Shown here: in pieces, positions 63,430 through 64,000 of the stretch
Position numbering within the stretch: the first letter of the stretch is position 1
Layout of the letters: every line of letters starts with the position of its first letter
NCBI GenBank assembly: GCA_035221665.1
Contig: CM069160.1
Location: forward strand, 4,836,001-4,900,000
From: Okamejei kenojei
Lineage: Eukaryota
Direction: 5' to 3'
DNA: 64,000 bases
Program-made: the position numbers and the translations under genes
Notes under the pieces: generated by a model
The model's input: only the letters and a program-made list of their open reading frames with translations
Told to the model about the DNA's origin: nothing
Database searches by the model: none

Positions 63430-64000
63430 TACCACAGAGTGTAGGGAACGGTCTGGTAGATGAGGTATCTGAGGTAGATACCCCAGCCAGCTGTGTTGTA
63501 CAGCTGGCTGGGGTATTCACGAGGATCTCTAACCTGTCTCTATCTCTGGCAACAGTCCCCAAGTGCCTGAAGTCAGCTACCATAGTGCCGGTGCCGAAAA
63601 AGACAAAAATCACCAACTTGAACGACAACCTTATCGTTAAGGTTGTCGTTCAACAATTGGTGTTGCCTTAACACCAATATCCATGAAGTGCTTTGAAAGG
63701 CTGGTCCTCTCACACAACAAATCCAGCATCCCTGCCTCACTGGACTCACATCACTTTGCATTCAGGGCAAATAGATCCACAGAGGGTGCCATCTCTCTGG
63801 CTCTTCACACTGTCCTGACCCACCTGGAAAGACAGGGCACGTACGTGAGGATGCTTTTCATAGACTACAGCTCTGCCTTCAACAGGGTCATCCCCATCAA
63901 GCTCACCACCAAATTCCACCAGCTAGGCCTCAGCTCGCCGATATGCGACTGGATCCTGAATTTCCTGACGGAGCGACCGCAGGCAGTGAGACTGGGCCCG
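63430..64000 (+). mobile_element. Rex1/Babar-type LINE RT fragment, continuing past the window edge
   Basis: Decodes to [39 protein letters not shown] and YVRMLFIDYSSAFN. Confidence 0.8.

Noticed and set aside
1-64000. CRISPR-like array suggested by recurring short repeats
   Set aside because: The repeats are dispersed retroelement ends in both orientations, without regular spacers or cas genes, in eukaryotic DNA.

Overview
Eukaryotic, repeat-dense vertebrate DNA with four assembly gaps (N runs at about 34.8, 53.4, 53.7 and 58.3 kb). The repeat set (HE1/V-SINE-like SINEs, CR1 LINEs, Penelope-like elements, Rex1/Babar and RTE fragments) and the gene types point to a cartilaginous fish, probably a skate or ray (inference). 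Two host gene systems are readable. (1) A spliced MHC class I heavy-chain gene on the + strand, 855-30562. It has leader, alpha1, alpha2, alpha3, TM and a candidate cytoplasmic exon, all joined by phase-1 GT-AG introns, giving an open 334-aa product. It looks non-classical (T143F, Y159L and F/Y123A in HLA numbering). Its predicted tail, [18 protein letters not shown], carries a YQNI tyrosine sorting motif like human CD1b. (2) A tandem array of GPR139-like class A GPCR sequences on the - strand: one intact two-exon gene (54326-50038, 323 aa), one copy with a 1-bp frameshift (62953-62029) and a 3' remnant of a third (about 63140-63411). The rest is mostly transposons. These include Penelope-like terminal repeats bearing a minimal hammerhead-ribozyme-like core (CTGANGA-A-stem-GAAACGTC), often as head-to-head palindromes, and several MITEs with readable TIRs and TSDs. 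No prokaryotic features, CRISPR arrays, rRNA or bona fide tRNA genes were found. Family assignments are from motif recognition only; no searches were run.
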